Shown piece after piece: positions 50,522 through 50,926 of a stretch of 50,926 bases of DNA. The first letter of the stretch is position 1. Each line of letters opens with the position of its first letter. Source of the DNA: Armatimonadota bacterium. Its GTDB lineage: Bacteria > Armatimonadota > UBA5829 > DTLH01. The notes below the pieces were generated by a model, which had not been told where the DNA came from, did not search any database, and saw nothing but the letters and a program-made list of their open reading frames with translations. A program made the position numbers and the translations under genes. The stretch spans positions 1 to 50,926 of the forward strand of contig JBBRAE010000021.1 of the NCBI GenBank assembly GCA_038207085.1, in the 5' to 3' direction.

Positions 50522-50926
50522 ATGAAATCCAAAACACGCATTCTTCTAGCTGCATTGCTTTTTGGGAATCTGCTTGTTCCGGGAGCCGTCTTTGCCCAGG
50601 GAACCATCGACTGGGGAGGATACCACAAGGATGAAAGGCATACGGGTTTTGTCGACTCCCTCAAAGAAGACGGATCCCAGATCGGCCTGATCTACACGTT
50701 CCCGAGAACCGACGCATCTCCCATCAACGCAAAGAACAACGTCGTTGATATTCCAGGCTCGCCCAACACTGACTGGATCGTGCCGGGCGGCTGGAATGAT
50801 CACACCGCTATAACCGACCTCTTAGGCGCACCCAACGACTTCTACGGCCCAAGCAAAGGCACTGTTGGCGCTGGTTACTATTGGTCTCCGGTTGCAAGAG
50901 ATGACTACCCAAATGCGTCTCCCAAC
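50522..50926 (+). CDS. Secreted protein, partial (PQQ-like beta-propeller N-terminal motif); not in the ORF track
   Basis: MKSKTRILLAALLFGNLLVPGAVFA signal peptide then DWGGYHKDERHTG; open to the window end. Confidence 0.75.
   Translation, partial: MKSKTRILLAALLFGNLLVPGAVFAQGTIDWGGYHKDERHTGFVDSLKEDGSQIGLIYTFPRTDASPINAKNNVVDIPGSPNTDWIVPGGWNDHTAITDLLGAPNDFYGPSKGTVGAGYYWSPVARDDYPNASPN

Overview
Bacterial chromosome segment of moderately high GC. The gene style suggests Armatimonadota, but this is inference only. The backbone is housekeeping: rpsB/tsf/pyrH/frr/uppS/dxr/rseP/ispG/proS, rpmE-DUF1385-prfA, hisS-aspS, rapZ-yvcK-maf and recQ. Accessory content includes a PhoB/PhoR-like two-component pair whose kinase has an extracytoplasmic CxxCH motif, a NiCo-riboswitch-preceded CDF exporter, a nikR-nikM(N)QO nickel importer with a clear operator, a stand-alone motAB, sugar enzymes (GH94, GH4, fucose-isomerase-like, xylulokinase-like) and an MNT-HEPN pair. 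Several elements are invisible in the ORF track: the 5' end of a group II intron at an attC-like core at the left edge, a 234-bp ISAs1-type MITE containing an inverted REP pair, and a family of tiny YTAR-flanked palindromic MITEs. A 1.8-kb cassette splits rpsB from tsf. It encodes a secreted Cys-rich precursor with a double-glycine motif and an in-frame TGA, plus a partner gene interrupted by one of the tiny MITEs.
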